Shown here: piece after piece, positions 37,366 through 46,222 of the stretch | Numbering within the stretch: position 1 is the first letter of the stretch | Layout: every line of letters starts with the position of its first letter | Assembly (NCBI GenBank): GCA_001778095.1 | Contig: MFGA01000023.1 | Location: 46,811 to 110,810 of the forward strand | DNA from: Candidatus Falkowbacteria bacterium RIFOXYA2_FULL_38_12 | GTDB lineage: Bacteria > Patescibacteriota > Patescibacteriia > XYB2-FULL-38-15 | DNA length: 64,000 nt | Direction: 5' to 3' | The notes under the pieces: generated by a model | The model's database searches: none | Told to the model about the DNA's origin: nothing | Seen by the model: the letters and a program-made list of their open reading frames with translations, nothing else | Position numbers and translations under genes: made by a program

Positions 37366-38931
37366 TTACTGTATAGAATTAAAAACCGGCGCGAGGAAAT
37401 TGTCAATCGGAACGTAATTATCGGTTAGGACAATCGCCTTTTTTTCTTCCAAAAATTTTGTAACTTCTTCATTCTCGGCAAAATATCCGATTTCCTCCGG
37501 CGAATCTCTTTCGTCTCCGCTCCCAGCTTCCGCCGTTGTCCATAAAACCTCGCCCCATTTATTTATATCCAATTCCGTCTCTCCGGCTAAAATGACAAAA
37601 GTATTTCTTTTATCTATTTCCCAGTTACTCGCAAGGGGCGCGAGATAAACATAAGGGAAAATTTCTCGCATTGTTTTCAAAAATGATCCAACAAATTTTC
37701 CGTATTTGTAATTATCAATCACATTCACTGCGTAATATCCATCCGGGGCGAGATGCTCTTTTATTATTTTTCCGAATTCCAGTGTTGTCAGGTGATAAGG
37801 CACGGCAAAATCATTAAACGCATCGCCAAAGATAAGATCGTATTTTTTTTCCGCCGACGCTTTGGCTAAAAACATTCGCGCGTCCGCGTTGGTTGTTTTT
37901 ATTTTTGTCTCCGGATTTAAACTTAAATGTTCATAGTTGAACTTTGTCACTCCGGGATCGATTTCGGCCACTTCCAAAGAGCTCTCGGGGTATATCTTTT
38001 CAAAATATCTCGGCAAAGTATATCCCCCGCCACCCAGAAAAAACGCTTCAAAATTACTTTCTCCGGTTTGTTTTATTCTATAATCCGTAAGAATTTTATA
38101 GAACCTTTCATAGTCGTAAGTTAAAACATCTTCATTGCCGGGGTAGACAAAACTGTGAACTAAGTGGTCGAGTCTTAAAACATATCCATTAACTCCACCG
38201 TCCAGAGTTTGCGCTCGGGCGTTAATGCAATAATAATTTGTTTCTTCTTGGCAATTTTTTGGAATAAAAAAGCTAAAAACCAAAAGGCATCCAAAAATAA
38301 TATTTGTTTTTTCTTTTAAAAAATCTTTGGCGCTTTTTCCAAAGATAAGAATAAAAAAACTTATCAAAACAAGGGCAACCGAAACTCCGATCACTATTAT
38401 TTTTGTTCCGAAAAAAGAGATTAAAAAATATCCCGTGGCAAATGTCCCCAAGATACTTCCCAGGGCGCTGAAGGCGTAAATGCGTCCAACGGTTTGACCG
38501 GCCTTTTCGAGGTTATCAAGATCAAACTTAACAACCATCGGAGAAATGCAACCTAAAAATAAACTGGCGGGAAAAAAAACAAAGAAAGAAAAAATAAAAG
38601 TCGCGAGAGGTATGGGGATCATCTCCGTCTTACCCAAAAGATTTCCAATAAACGGCACTGAATAAAGAACCCCGATACTGGAAATTCCGGCGAGAAAAAA
38701 AACACTGCTTAAAACTTTTTTGGACAGATTGCGATCGGCTACTCGTCCGCCCAAATAATTGCCGATACTTACTCCCCCTAGAATTATTCCTATTACGCTT
38801 GTCCAAGTATAAAGAGAGACCCCAAGATATGGAGCCATAATTCGTCCGGCAACGAGCTCTAAAACCATCAAGCAAAAACTGCTTGCGAAGATGATCAAAT
38901 TAGGAAATTTGAGACTTTCCTTATTCTCCAT
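37366..38931 (-). CDS. Fused membrane/spermidine-synthase-like protein
   Basis: LELVAGRIMAPYLG, LGSILGTF, FFLGGGGYTLP, EIDPGV, YDLIFGDAF, VPYHLTT.EF, LTDNYVP. Confidence 0.88.
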   Translation of the reverse strand: MENKESLKFPNLIIFASSFCLMVLELVAGRIMAPYLGVSLYTWTSVIGIILGGVSIGNYLGGRVADRNLSKKVLSSVFFLAGISSIGVLYSVPFIGNLLGKTEMIPIPLATFIFSFFVFFPASLFLGCISPMVVKFDLDNLEKAGQTVGRIYAFSALGSILGTFATGYFLISFFGTKIIVIGVSVALVLISFFILIFGKSAKDFLKEKTNIIFGCLLVFSFFIPKNCQEETNYYCINARAQTLDGGVNGYVLRLDHLVHSFVYPGNEDVLTYDYERFYKILTDYRIKQTGESNFEAFFLGGGGYTLPRYFEKIYPESSLEVAEIDPGVTKFNYEHLSLNPETKIKTTNADARMFLAKASAEKKYDLIFGDAFNDFAVPYHLTTLEFGKIIKEHLAPDGYYAVNVIDNYKYGKFVGSFLKTMREIFPYVYLAPLASNWEIDKRNTFVILAGETELDINKWGEVLWTTAEAGSGDERDSPEEIGYFAENEEVTKFLEEKKAIVLTDNYVPIDNFLAPVFNSIQ

Positions 38932-38942
38932 TTGACTATGGG

Positions 38943-39098
38943 TTATTTCGTTTCTTTATGGGTTGTGTGTTTTTTGCACCACTTGCAATATTTTTCCAAC
39001 TCAAGTCTGTTTTTTATCGTCTTTTTATTTTTGTGGGAAAAATAATTGATGCGATGACAGACCGAACACTCCATTTTGATTAAATTGTCTTGAGACAT
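38943..39098 (-). CDS. rpmG: 50S ribosomal protein L33, zinc-ribbon form
   Basis: Manual translation MSQDNLIKMECSVCHRINYFSHKNKKTIKNRLELEKYCKWCKKHTTHKETK; below the ORF-track cutoff. Confidence 0.97.
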   Translation of the reverse strand: MSQDNLIKMECSVCHRINYFSHKNKKTIKNRLELEKYCKWCKKHTTHKETK

Positions 39099-39132
39099 AA
39101 TATTAATTTATTTTTATTTAAAAATTATTTTA

Positions 39133-39207
39133 TGGAGCCACCTCTCGGATTTGAACCGAGGACCTACTGTTTACAAAACAGTTGCTCTGCCGCTGAGCTA
39201 AGGTGGC
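39133..39207 (-). tRNA. tRNA-Thr(TGT)
   Basis: GCCACCT/AGGTGGC acceptor, ACTGT-TT-TGT-AA-ACAGT, GGTTCAAATCC, encoded CCA. Confidence 0.97.
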
Positions 39208-39217
39208 ATTATCTCTA

Positions 39218-39303
39218 TGGTGGGCAGGCAAGGATTTGCACCTTGGAAGGCGTGAGCCAGCAGATTTACAGTCTGCCCCGTTTGACTACTTCGGTACCTG
39301 CCC
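39218..39303 (-). tRNA. tRNA-Tyr(GTA)
   Basis: GGGCAGG/CCTGCCC acceptor, GCAGA-CT-GTA-AA-TCTGC, long variable arm, T loop TGCAAAT, encoded CCA. Confidence 0.95.
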
Positions 39304-39314
39304 TTTTTTTCAAA

Positions 39315-39388
39315 GCCGATGCGCCCCCGCAAATGCGGGGTTACCATGCCCCGCAAATGCGGGGTACCAACTGAGCTACATCCATGGC
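39315..39388 (-). pseudogene. tRNA-Thr(GGT) pseudogene with two CCCCGCAAATGCGGGG replacements
   Basis: Blocks GCCGATGCGC, TTACCATG and TACCAACTGAGCTACATC are identical to 39401-39472; palindromes at 39325-39340 and 39349-39364. Confidence 0.9.
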
Positions 39389-39399
39389 TTTTTCTACAA

Positions 39400-39472
39400 A
39401 GCCGATGCGCGGATTCGAACCGCGGACCTACTCCTTACCATGGAGTTGCTCTACCAACTGAGCTACATCGGC
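39400..39472 (-). tRNA. tRNA-Thr(GGT), CCA not encoded
   Basis: GCCGATG/CATCGGC acceptor, ACTCC-AT-GGT-AA-GGAGT, GCGGTTCGAATCCGC. Confidence 0.95.
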
Positions 39473-39724
39473 ATTTTTTAACATCTGACTCATTTCTAAT
39501 TCTAACTGTTTTCCACCTTTTAAACTTTTCAAATATCTTTCATATCTTGCCGCTTCCAACTTAGTATCAAATGCTTTAAAACAAGCTAATTCCAACGGCC
39601 GTCTATTCTTTGTGGACGGGTTTGCTCCGTTATTATGAAACTTAAGCCGCACTTCAAGATTATTAGTATGCCCTATGTATCTTCGTCCATCTTTCAGTGA
39701 TTTTAAAATATACGTATAAAACAT
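39428..39724 (-). CDS. Small stand-alone GIY-YIG nuclease (UPF0213-like), reading into tRNA-Thr
   Basis: MFYTYILKS..DGRRYIGHTNNLEVRL.FHNNG..STKNRRP..L...A...E.YLKS.KG; 98 aa from ATG 39724; stop lies inside the tRNA. Confidence 0.9.
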   Translation of the reverse strand: MFYTYILKSLKDGRRYIGHTNNLEVRLKFHNNGANPSTKNRRPLELACFKAFDTKLEAARYERYLKSLKGGKQLELEMSQMLKNADVAQLVEQLHGKE

Positions 39725-39726
39725 AG

Positions 39727-39796
39727 ACTCCTTACCATGCCCCGCAAATGCGGGGTACCAACTGACCTGCCCCGCTTCTGCGGGGGCTACATCGGC
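39727..39796 (-). pseudogene. 5' part of tRNA-Thr(GGT), duplicated and disrupted by two palindromes
   Basis: ACTCCTTACCATG[CCCCGCAAATGCGGGG]TACCAACTGA[CCTGCCCCGCTTCTGCGGGG]GCTACATCGGCATTT. Confidence 0.9.
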
Positions 39797-39881
39797 ATTT
39801 AATCTATTCGGGTAAAACAAAAAAACAACTCATGGTAAAGTTTTTGGATTACGAGACTAGCCGAGCAAAAACTTGGTCGGT

Positions 39882-40667
39882 CTAGCCAATATCCCTTATT
39901 CTTTCTTCAAATTCTTCTATTTTTTTATTCTCCGGATTAGCTTCTCTCAATTTTTGAAGAGCATTTTTGGCCAATTCTTTATTCCCTATTATTATACTTA
40001 TATCAGTTAAAAAATCAAGGCTTTTTGGTTTTGTCGGCTCCAGTTCTACGGCCTTGGAAAAAAACTTCAACGCCTTCATATTCTCTCCCTTTTGCTTTAA
40101 AAGCATTCCCAAATCAATTAAAACCTCTATATCGCGCGGATTGAGCTTTAAAATATACTGTAAAGTCTCTATCGCATAATCGTAGTTTTTTTGCTCGGAA
40201 TACAGGTTTCCCAATTTTTTATAAGCTTCTACGTTTTTATGATCCAGGCTTATTATCTCTATAAATATCTTCTCCGCCCCTTCTGTCTTTTCTTCTTTGA
40301 TCAATTCGTCCGCGGCAAAAAAAAGTTTCTTTATTTCAATTTCTTTTTCTTCCAGAGTCAATTTCGGCGATATTTTTTTCTTAGCATGTCTTTTTTCCCA
40401 ATCTGATATTTTATTATATTTTTCTTTAAAAATTCTTTTTATTTTTAAAATTATCGGAATAATCAAAGAAAAAATTCCCTTCTTAAAACTTTCCACTTTT
40501 CGCTCAAGTCTGGAAGCGATAATTTTTTCTTTTTGTTTTGCTTCCCTCTCGCTTTTTATTGATTCTATATCAATGGAGGCTAAAACCGGAAATTTTCTAA
40601 CTATAATAACAATTATCCCCACCAGGCAAACAATCGTAATTACAAGCGGAATAATATCGTAAGACAT
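39882..40667 (-). CDS. Membrane-anchored TPR protein
   Basis: N-terminal TM; repeats AYKKLGNLY..A...LKLNP, LG.LL...A..FFSKAVELEP. Confidence 0.85.
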   Translation of the reverse strand: MSYDIIPLVITIVCLVGIIVIIVRKFPVLASIDIESIKSEREAKQKEKIIASRLERKVESFKKGIFSLIIPIILKIKRIFKEKYNKISDWEKRHAKKKISPKLTLEEKEIEIKKLFFAADELIKEEKTEGAEKIFIEIISLDHKNVEAYKKLGNLYSEQKNYDYAIETLQYILKLNPRDIEVLIDLGMLLKQKGENMKALKFFSKAVELEPTKPKSLDFLTDISIIIGNKELAKNALQKLREANPENKKIEEFEERIRDIG

Positions 40668-40684
40668 AAATATTTTTTAGATAA

Positions 40685-41473
40685 CTATTTTTTTCTCTTC
40701 GGACACGAAAAACTCTTTACCATTTTCACTAATTTATCCGCTTCGAGCGAAGCGCTCCCGACAAGGACGCCGTCAATCCCATCTTGGCAGATAAAACTAT
40801 CAATATTGTCAGGATTAACGCTTCCTCCGTAAATTACTCTCAAGTCTTTAGCCACTATTTTTTCGGAATAAGATTTGAATAAAACTTTTCTAATCAAGTG
40901 GTGTGAATAAGCCGCGTCTTCCGGCTCTACCGCTTGGCCGATTCCAATAACCCAAACCGGTTCATAGGCGATAATTATTTTCCTAAACTCATTTTTTTTA
41001 ACGCCCTCAAGAGCTCTGCCGACTTGCCTGCCTATGACAGAATCTCTTTGTCCTCTCTTCCTTTCTTCAAATGTTTCTCCGACGCAGACAACCGGCGTTA
41101 AACCAAACTTTAAAGCGGTTCTGACTTTTTGATTTATCATTTGATCGCTTTCCCACAAATTTTCTCTCCGTTCCGAATGACCGATGATGGCGTACTGGCA
41201 ATTGACTTCTTTCAACATTTTCGGCGATATTTCTCCGGTAAAGGCGCCCTTTTCTTCCCAAAAAATATTTTGCGCGCCCAACTTTATTTTACTTTTCTTT
41301 TGATTAAAATAATTATTTATTGCCCATAAGCTTAAAAAAGATGGACAGACGACAACGTCATTTTTTTCAGTGTCTTTATTTTTCTTTAACAAACTGTCTA
41401 TTTTTTTAACCAAATCTAGCGACTCCTCAACGTTTAGATTCATCTTCCAATTGGCAATGAAGATTTGTTTCAT
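40685..41473 (-). CDS. tpiA: Triosephosphate isomerase
   Basis: IANWKMN, GAFTGEISP, IIGHSERR, AYEPVW, YGGSV, DGVLVGSASL. Confidence 0.97.
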   Translation of the reverse strand: MKQIFIANWKMNLNVEESLDLVKKIDSLLKKNKDTEKNDVVVCPSFLSLWAINNYFNQKKSKIKLGAQNIFWEEKGAFTGEISPKMLKEVNCQYAIIGHSERRENLWESDQMINQKVRTALKFGLTPVVCVGETFEERKRGQRDSVIGRQVGRALEGVKKNEFRKIIIAYEPVWVIGIGQAVEPEDAAYSHHLIRKVLFKSYSEKIVAKDLRVIYGGSVNPDNIDSFICQDGIDGVLVGSASLEADKLVKMVKSFSCPKRKK

Positions 41474-42753
41474 AAAAAAGAATTTAAATTTATTTTTTTT
41501 ATAAATTCTTCTTCGTTAACCGGACCGATAATAGCCAAGTTTAGTTTCTCACCCAAAAAAATATCATTGGCGACTTTTTTTATATCATCTCCACTAACGG
41601 AAAAAATCTTTTTCAATTTTTCTTCCGGCGTCAAAACCTCTTTCATTAAAAGTTCCTGTTTCGCGTACCAGTCGGCAACACTGCTTGAATCTTCAAGACT
41701 TAAAATAAGCCTTCCCTTAATACAATCTTTCGCTCTCTTTAATTCCTCTTCTTTTACACCGAATTTCTTCACCTTTTGCAGTTCCTCCAAGATCGCTTTT
41801 ATGGCCGGCATTATTCTCGTTTTATCAAGTCCCGCTTGGATAACAACATTACCCGCATCCTCATATACATTGGAGTACGACCTGATAAAATAGCAAAGAC
41901 CTCTTTTTTCTCGTATTGAAATAAAAAGCCTGGAGCTCATGTTACCACCCAGAATAACGCTCAAAAGATTGAGGGCATAAACTTGGGGATCGAAATATGA
42001 ATAAGCGGGAAACCCCAACGCTAATTGAATTTGCTCTGTTTCTTTATTTTTAATTTTTATTTTGGGATGATTATTTTTCTCCGGATAAACAAATTTTTCA
42101 AAAACCGGTTTTGCCTTTTTCCCATTTTCGCCAAAATATTTTTCCGTTAGCTCATTGATTTTTTTATTTTTCAAATTGCCGGTCAAGACAAGAACCGTGT
42201 TATTCGGAGTATAATATTTTTCTCTGTAGTCAATCATTTTCTTTCGGGAAAAACCATTGATTCCCTTAACCGTTCCGGCAATACTTCTCCCCAAGGGATG
42301 ATCGCTACCAAATAAATTTTCTTCAAACAAATCATCAATAAACATCATCGGATTATCCTCGTACATTCTTATCTCTTCGGAAATCACGCCTTTTTCTTTT
42401 TCCAGTTCCCCTTCTTCAAATTTTGAATTTAAAAGCATGTCGGACAAAACATCCAAAGCCAATTCCAGTTTTTCCGCGTCAACTTTTACATAGTAGCCGG
42501 TATAGTCTCTCGAAGTAAAAGCATTGTATTCGGCGCCAACTCTGTCCAAATCTTTTGAAAGAGCAAGAGTATTCGGCCGTTTTTTCGTCCCCTTAAACAT
42601 CATGTGTTCAATAAAATGGGAAATGCCATTTTCTGATTTTGTCTCGTATCGCGAGCCAACCTTAAACAAAACCAAGGCGGTTATTGCCTCTGTCCCTTCA
42701 ATATTAGCTGTAATCAGACGTAATCCGTTTTTAAGTGTGGTTTTTTGAAACAT
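41470..42753 (-). CDS. M16 family zinc peptidase
   Basis: GSRYE, HFIEHMMFKGT (HxxEH), NAFTS, GGNMSSRLF.SIREKRGLCY. Confidence 0.93.
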   Translation of the reverse strand: MFQKTTLKNGLRLITANIEGTEAITALVLFKVGSRYETKSENGISHFIEHMMFKGTKKRPNTLALSKDLDRVGAEYNAFTSRDYTGYYVKVDAEKLELALDVLSDMLLNSKFEEGELEKEKGVISEEIRMYEDNPMMFIDDLFEENLFGSDHPLGRSIAGTVKGINGFSRKKMIDYREKYYTPNNTVLVLTGNLKNKKINELTEKYFGENGKKAKPVFEKFVYPEKNNHPKIKIKNKETEQIQLALGFPAYSYFDPQVYALNLLSVILGGNMSSRLFISIREKRGLCYFIRSYSNVYEDAGNVVIQAGLDKTRIMPAIKAILEELQKVKKFGVKEEELKRAKDCIKGRLILSLEDSSSVADWYAKQELLMKEVLTPEEKLKKIFSVSGDDIKKVANDIFLGEKLNLAIIGPVNEEEFIKKINLNSFL

Positions 42754-44085
42754 TTAAAATTTATTTTTTAAATAATTAACCAATTCTTTTATTTCAATTC
42801 TTTCTTGCTCCATTGTATCCCTGTCGCGCACAGTCACTTTTTTATCTTCTAGCGAATCAAAATCTACCGTGACACAATATGGCGTGCCGATTTCATCCTG
42901 CCGGCGATAACGTTTGCCAATACTTTGTGTCTCATCGTATTCCGCGAAAAAATTCCTAGACACTTCTTTATAAATTTCTTTGGCAACATTTGATAGTTCT
43001 TCTTTTTTTGACAATGGTAAAATGGCCACCTTTATCGGCGCAATATGTTTTGGGATCTTTAGAACAACTCTTGTTTCCGTCTCTCCCTCTTTTGTAGTCG
43101 GCGCCTCTTCTTCGCAATACGCCTCAACAAGGACGGCAAGAACGGATCTGTCAACGCCGAATGTCGGCTCAATAACGTGAGGAATGTATTTTTCTCCACT
43201 CTCCGGATCAGTATAGACTAGGTCTACTCCGCTTGAATTAGAATGATTTTTTAAATCAAAATCCGTGCGATAAGCCAGACCATAAAGTTCACTTTTTCCA
43301 AACGGAAAATCATATTCAATATCAACCGTTCTTTTTGAATAATGCGCTCTTTCCCCATCCGGAACTTCCAGATTATGAATATGTTCTTTGGATAAACCCA
43401 AATAATTCATCCATTCGTACATTTCGGCAAGCCAATATTCAAAACTTTTTTGCCAATCATTTTCTTTTATAAAATACTCTATTTCCATTTGTTCAAACTC
43501 GCGTGTTCTAAAAATAAAATTGCCCGGGGTTATTTCGTTTCTAAAAGCCTTGCCGATTTGAGCAATGCCAAACGGGATTCTCTTGCGACTGGTTTCCAAA
43601 ACTTGGCGAAAATCAACAAACATCGCTTGGGCTGTCTCCGGACGAAAATAAGCGACGTTGGCGGATTCTTCCGCAGGACCAATGAAGGTTTTAAACATTA
43701 AATTAAACTGTTTTGCAGTAGTAAGCTCTCCTTCGCAATCGGGACAAGTCTTCCCCTCAATGTGATCCGCCCTGAAACGATTATGGCATTTTTTACATTC
43801 AACTAGCGGATCTGTAAAATTTTTCAAGTGGCCGCTGGCTTCCCAAACTTTTGGATTCATAACTAAGGCGGCATCAAGACCAACCATATCTCCTCTTTCT
43901 TGAACAAATCTCTTCCACCAAGCCTGTTTGATATTATTTTTTAATTCCACTCCCAGTGGACCATAATCCCAAGAGTTAGCCATCCCTCCATAAATTTCCG
44001 ATCCGGGAAAAATAAAACCACGCCTCTTGCAGAGAGAGACAATTTTATCCATTAATTCACTTCCCCCTTGTTTTTTCTCATCCAT
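42754..44085 (-). CDS. glyQS: Glycine--tRNA ligase, homodimeric type
   Basis: LCKRRGF, DYGPLG, RPETAQ, GKAFRNEITP, RTREFEQME, VIEPTFGVDR, SIGKRYRRQDEIGTP. Confidence 0.97.
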   Translation of the reverse strand: MDEKKQGGSELMDKIVSLCKRRGFIFPGSEIYGGMANSWDYGPLGVELKNNIKQAWWKRFVQERGDMVGLDAALVMNPKVWEASGHLKNFTDPLVECKKCHNRFRADHIEGKTCPDCEGELTTAKQFNLMFKTFIGPAEESANVAYFRPETAQAMFVDFRQVLETSRKRIPFGIAQIGKAFRNEITPGNFIFRTREFEQMEIEYFIKENDWQKSFEYWLAEMYEWMNYLGLSKEHIHNLEVPDGERAHYSKRTVDIEYDFPFGKSELYGLAYRTDFDLKNHSNSSGVDLVYTDPESGEKYIPHVIEPTFGVDRSVLAVLVEAYCEEEAPTTKEGETETRVVLKIPKHIAPIKVAILPLSKKEELSNVAKEIYKEVSRNFFAEYDETQSIGKRYRRQDEIGTPYCVTVDFDSLEDKKVTVRDRDTMEQERIEIKELVNYLKNKF

Positions 44086-44122
44086 ATCTTAACTTGCTTA
44101 ATTTACTTAATTCTTATTTTAC

Positions 44123-44677
44123 TCAAATAGTCATTAATTCATTTTCTTTTTTATCGCCAATCGCTTTTATCTCGTCATTTTGCGTTTTCACAAATTTATC
44201 CAATTCTTCTTGCGCCCTGAATTTTTCGTCTTCACTAATTTCCTTATTTTTTTCCGCTTCGTTAATTTCATCTTTTATTCCATCGCGAACATTTCTGGCA
44301 CTTATTCTGGATTGTTCCAATTTTTGCCCTAGAATCTTGATTAAATCCCTACGATTTTCTTCGGTAAGGGTCGGCATTGATAAACGAATTTTTGTTCCCT
44401 CATTAACCGGATTAATGCCGATATTTGCCGCCAAAATCCCTTTTTCTATATCTTTAACCAATCCCTTGTCCCATGGCTCAATGACTAAGGTTTTTGGATC
44501 GGCGATAATAATATTAGCCAATCCTCTTATCGGTGTTCTTGTCCCGTAGGCTTCAACCACTACATTATCAACAATAGATGAATGGGCTCGTCCGGTTCTT
44601 AAAGAGGAAATTTCCGACTTAAAATGCTCAATAACTTTTAAAAACTCTTCTTTGTTTTTTTCAACGAAATTGTTCAT
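44123..44677 (-). CDS. frr: Ribosome recycling factor
   Basis: LRTGRA, VEAYG, IEPWDK, GINP, PTLTEENR, ISEDE; ATG 44677 preferred over TTG 44686. Confidence 0.97.
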   Translation of the reverse strand: MNNFVEKNKEEFLKVIEHFKSEISSLRTGRAHSSIVDNVVVEAYGTRTPIRGLANIIIADPKTLVIEPWDKGLVKDIEKGILAANIGINPVNEGTKIRLSMPTLTEENRRDLIKILGQKLEQSRISARNVRDGIKDEINEAEKNKEISEDEKFRAQEELDKFVKTQNDEIKAIGDKKENELMTI

Positions 44678-44692
44678 AGTCTTCAAATTATT

Positions 44693-46219
44693 TTAAAATT
44701 TTTCTAATACCTTTTCTATTATATCATTCCAATTTATCTCATTATTTTCTTCATTAAATTTACTAGATAAAATTTTCATTATCCCTTCTCTTACATTTTC
44801 CAAGGTTGCCATTCCTTCGTTTATATAGCTCTGCGCATCTTCATTTTCTTTAATTATGTCTGTTATGGAGCTTTCCACTAATCCCTTAAAATTATCGATT
44901 TTTTTATTTATCTTTTTAGAATCTTTACCATCTAAATTATTAGTAAAATTTTCAAATTCTGTTTTTTTGAGATTATCCTTCAATGCACTAATATTATTAG
45001 CAATAAAAATTAAAAAATTAATTTCCCTAACAAATTCTCTATTTTTTTCGGGAACTTCTCTATTTTTATCCTTTTTTACATCTCCTTCTCTTGTCTGAGC
45101 AGATGAATCTACTAATTTTATTTCCTCAATAGGCCTACCTTGCCATGGCTTACCCTCTATTTCCTTCCCCGTCAATAGTCTTATTTGCCCTTTTAAAACA
45201 TGATCTTGTATTCTCCTTGCTTCAGTTTTATCTTTAACGGTTAACATCAATTGAGCGATAATCTCACCTTCTTGAGTTACTAGCTCGGATATTATCAGAT
45301 CTCTTTCGTCTTCTGCTTCTCTTAAATATTTTACCTTTTCATTATCTATAGAATCAGTATGACCAAACTTATTTGTGCATTTATATTCTGTATGACTATT
45401 AGGATTATCGCGAGTAGGCGGGTAATTAGTAACATCAAATTTTTTTTCACAAACGGGACAATCCGTACAATAGACTGCTATTGCTTCTTTTATTTTTTGC
45501 AATGATTCATGAAGTGTATCAAGTATTTTTTCTATTTCAAGTAATTCTTTGTTATAATCTTCCTCAAACTTTTCTTCCTTTTTAGTGTTTATAAAATCGT
45601 ATCTTTCCCAAACCTCTTCCAATCCTCCCTCTCCCTCCCACTTCAAGCCAAGTTCGTGACAATTGTCTTTATCCATCGTCTTTATTTTAGACCATACTCT
45701 TTCTAGTGTCTGCCTTATTACATCCCGCTTAATGCTATTTTCCATGTCAGTCGCTACCTGTACTTTTTCATCTTCATCTTCAAAAATTCCCAAATCAATC
45801 ATTTTAATAGCTCCGGTTTCAAATCTTTCTTTTAATGCAATTATTGAATCGACGTTTTGTCCTAAAAATATTTCTGAATAATGTTCTATGATTTCCTTTC
45901 GTGTTTCCTCTTCTGCCTTTTTTGCTTTTTCCACATGCTCTTGATTGGGAGTCCACCTGCCCATCATCATGCCGATAGGAGACTTTTCTTTGATTTTTTG
46001 ACGAAAATAAGTTCCATTATGCTGAATTATATACTTCAAAAAAGGAATTTCTCGTAAAATATTTTCTTCCACTTCCCTTTGTTTCTGTTTATCTTCCAGA
46101 TCATCTGAATCTAAGGTTGCCCAAGATTCCGAAGCAAATGCTAGGTATCTTGCAAAATCTAAAATTTTTTCTTTTTGTATTAATTCCCTTCTCTCTTCTG
46201 ATGGAAATTCATTGACCAT
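44693..46219 (-). CDS. Acidic/charged hypothetical protein with a possible zinc-binding segment
   Basis: 508 aa; CTDCPVC...HTEYKC....H; no family recognised. Confidence 0.7.
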   Translation of the reverse strand: MVNEFPSEERRELIQKEKILDFARYLAFASESWATLDSDDLEDKQKQREVEENILREIPFLKYIIQHNGTYFRQKIKEKSPIGMMMGRWTPNQEHVEKAKKAEEETRKEIIEHYSEIFLGQNVDSIIALKERFETGAIKMIDLGIFEDEDEKVQVATDMENSIKRDVIRQTLERVWSKIKTMDKDNCHELGLKWEGEGGLEEVWERYDFINTKKEEKFEEDYNKELLEIEKILDTLHESLQKIKEAIAVYCTDCPVCEKKFDVTNYPPTRDNPNSHTEYKCTNKFGHTDSIDNEKVKYLREAEDERDLIISELVTQEGEIIAQLMLTVKDKTEARRIQDHVLKGQIRLLTGKEIEGKPWQGRPIEEIKLVDSSAQTREGDVKKDKNREVPEKNREFVREINFLIFIANNISALKDNLKKTEFENFTNNLDGKDSKKINKKIDNFKGLVESSITDIIKENEDAQSYINEGMATLENVREGIMKILSSKFNEENNEINWNDIIEKVLEKF

Positions 46220-46222
46220 ATT

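Noticed and set aside
39311-39800. CRISPR array suggested by the repeated CCCCGCAAATGCGGGG
   Set aside because: The repeat is 16 nt, spacing is irregular, the intervening sequence is tRNA-derived, and no cas genes are present
42754-44085. Eukaryote/archaea-type glycyl-tRNA synthetase as a novelty
   Set aside because: The homodimeric type is established in many bacterial phyla
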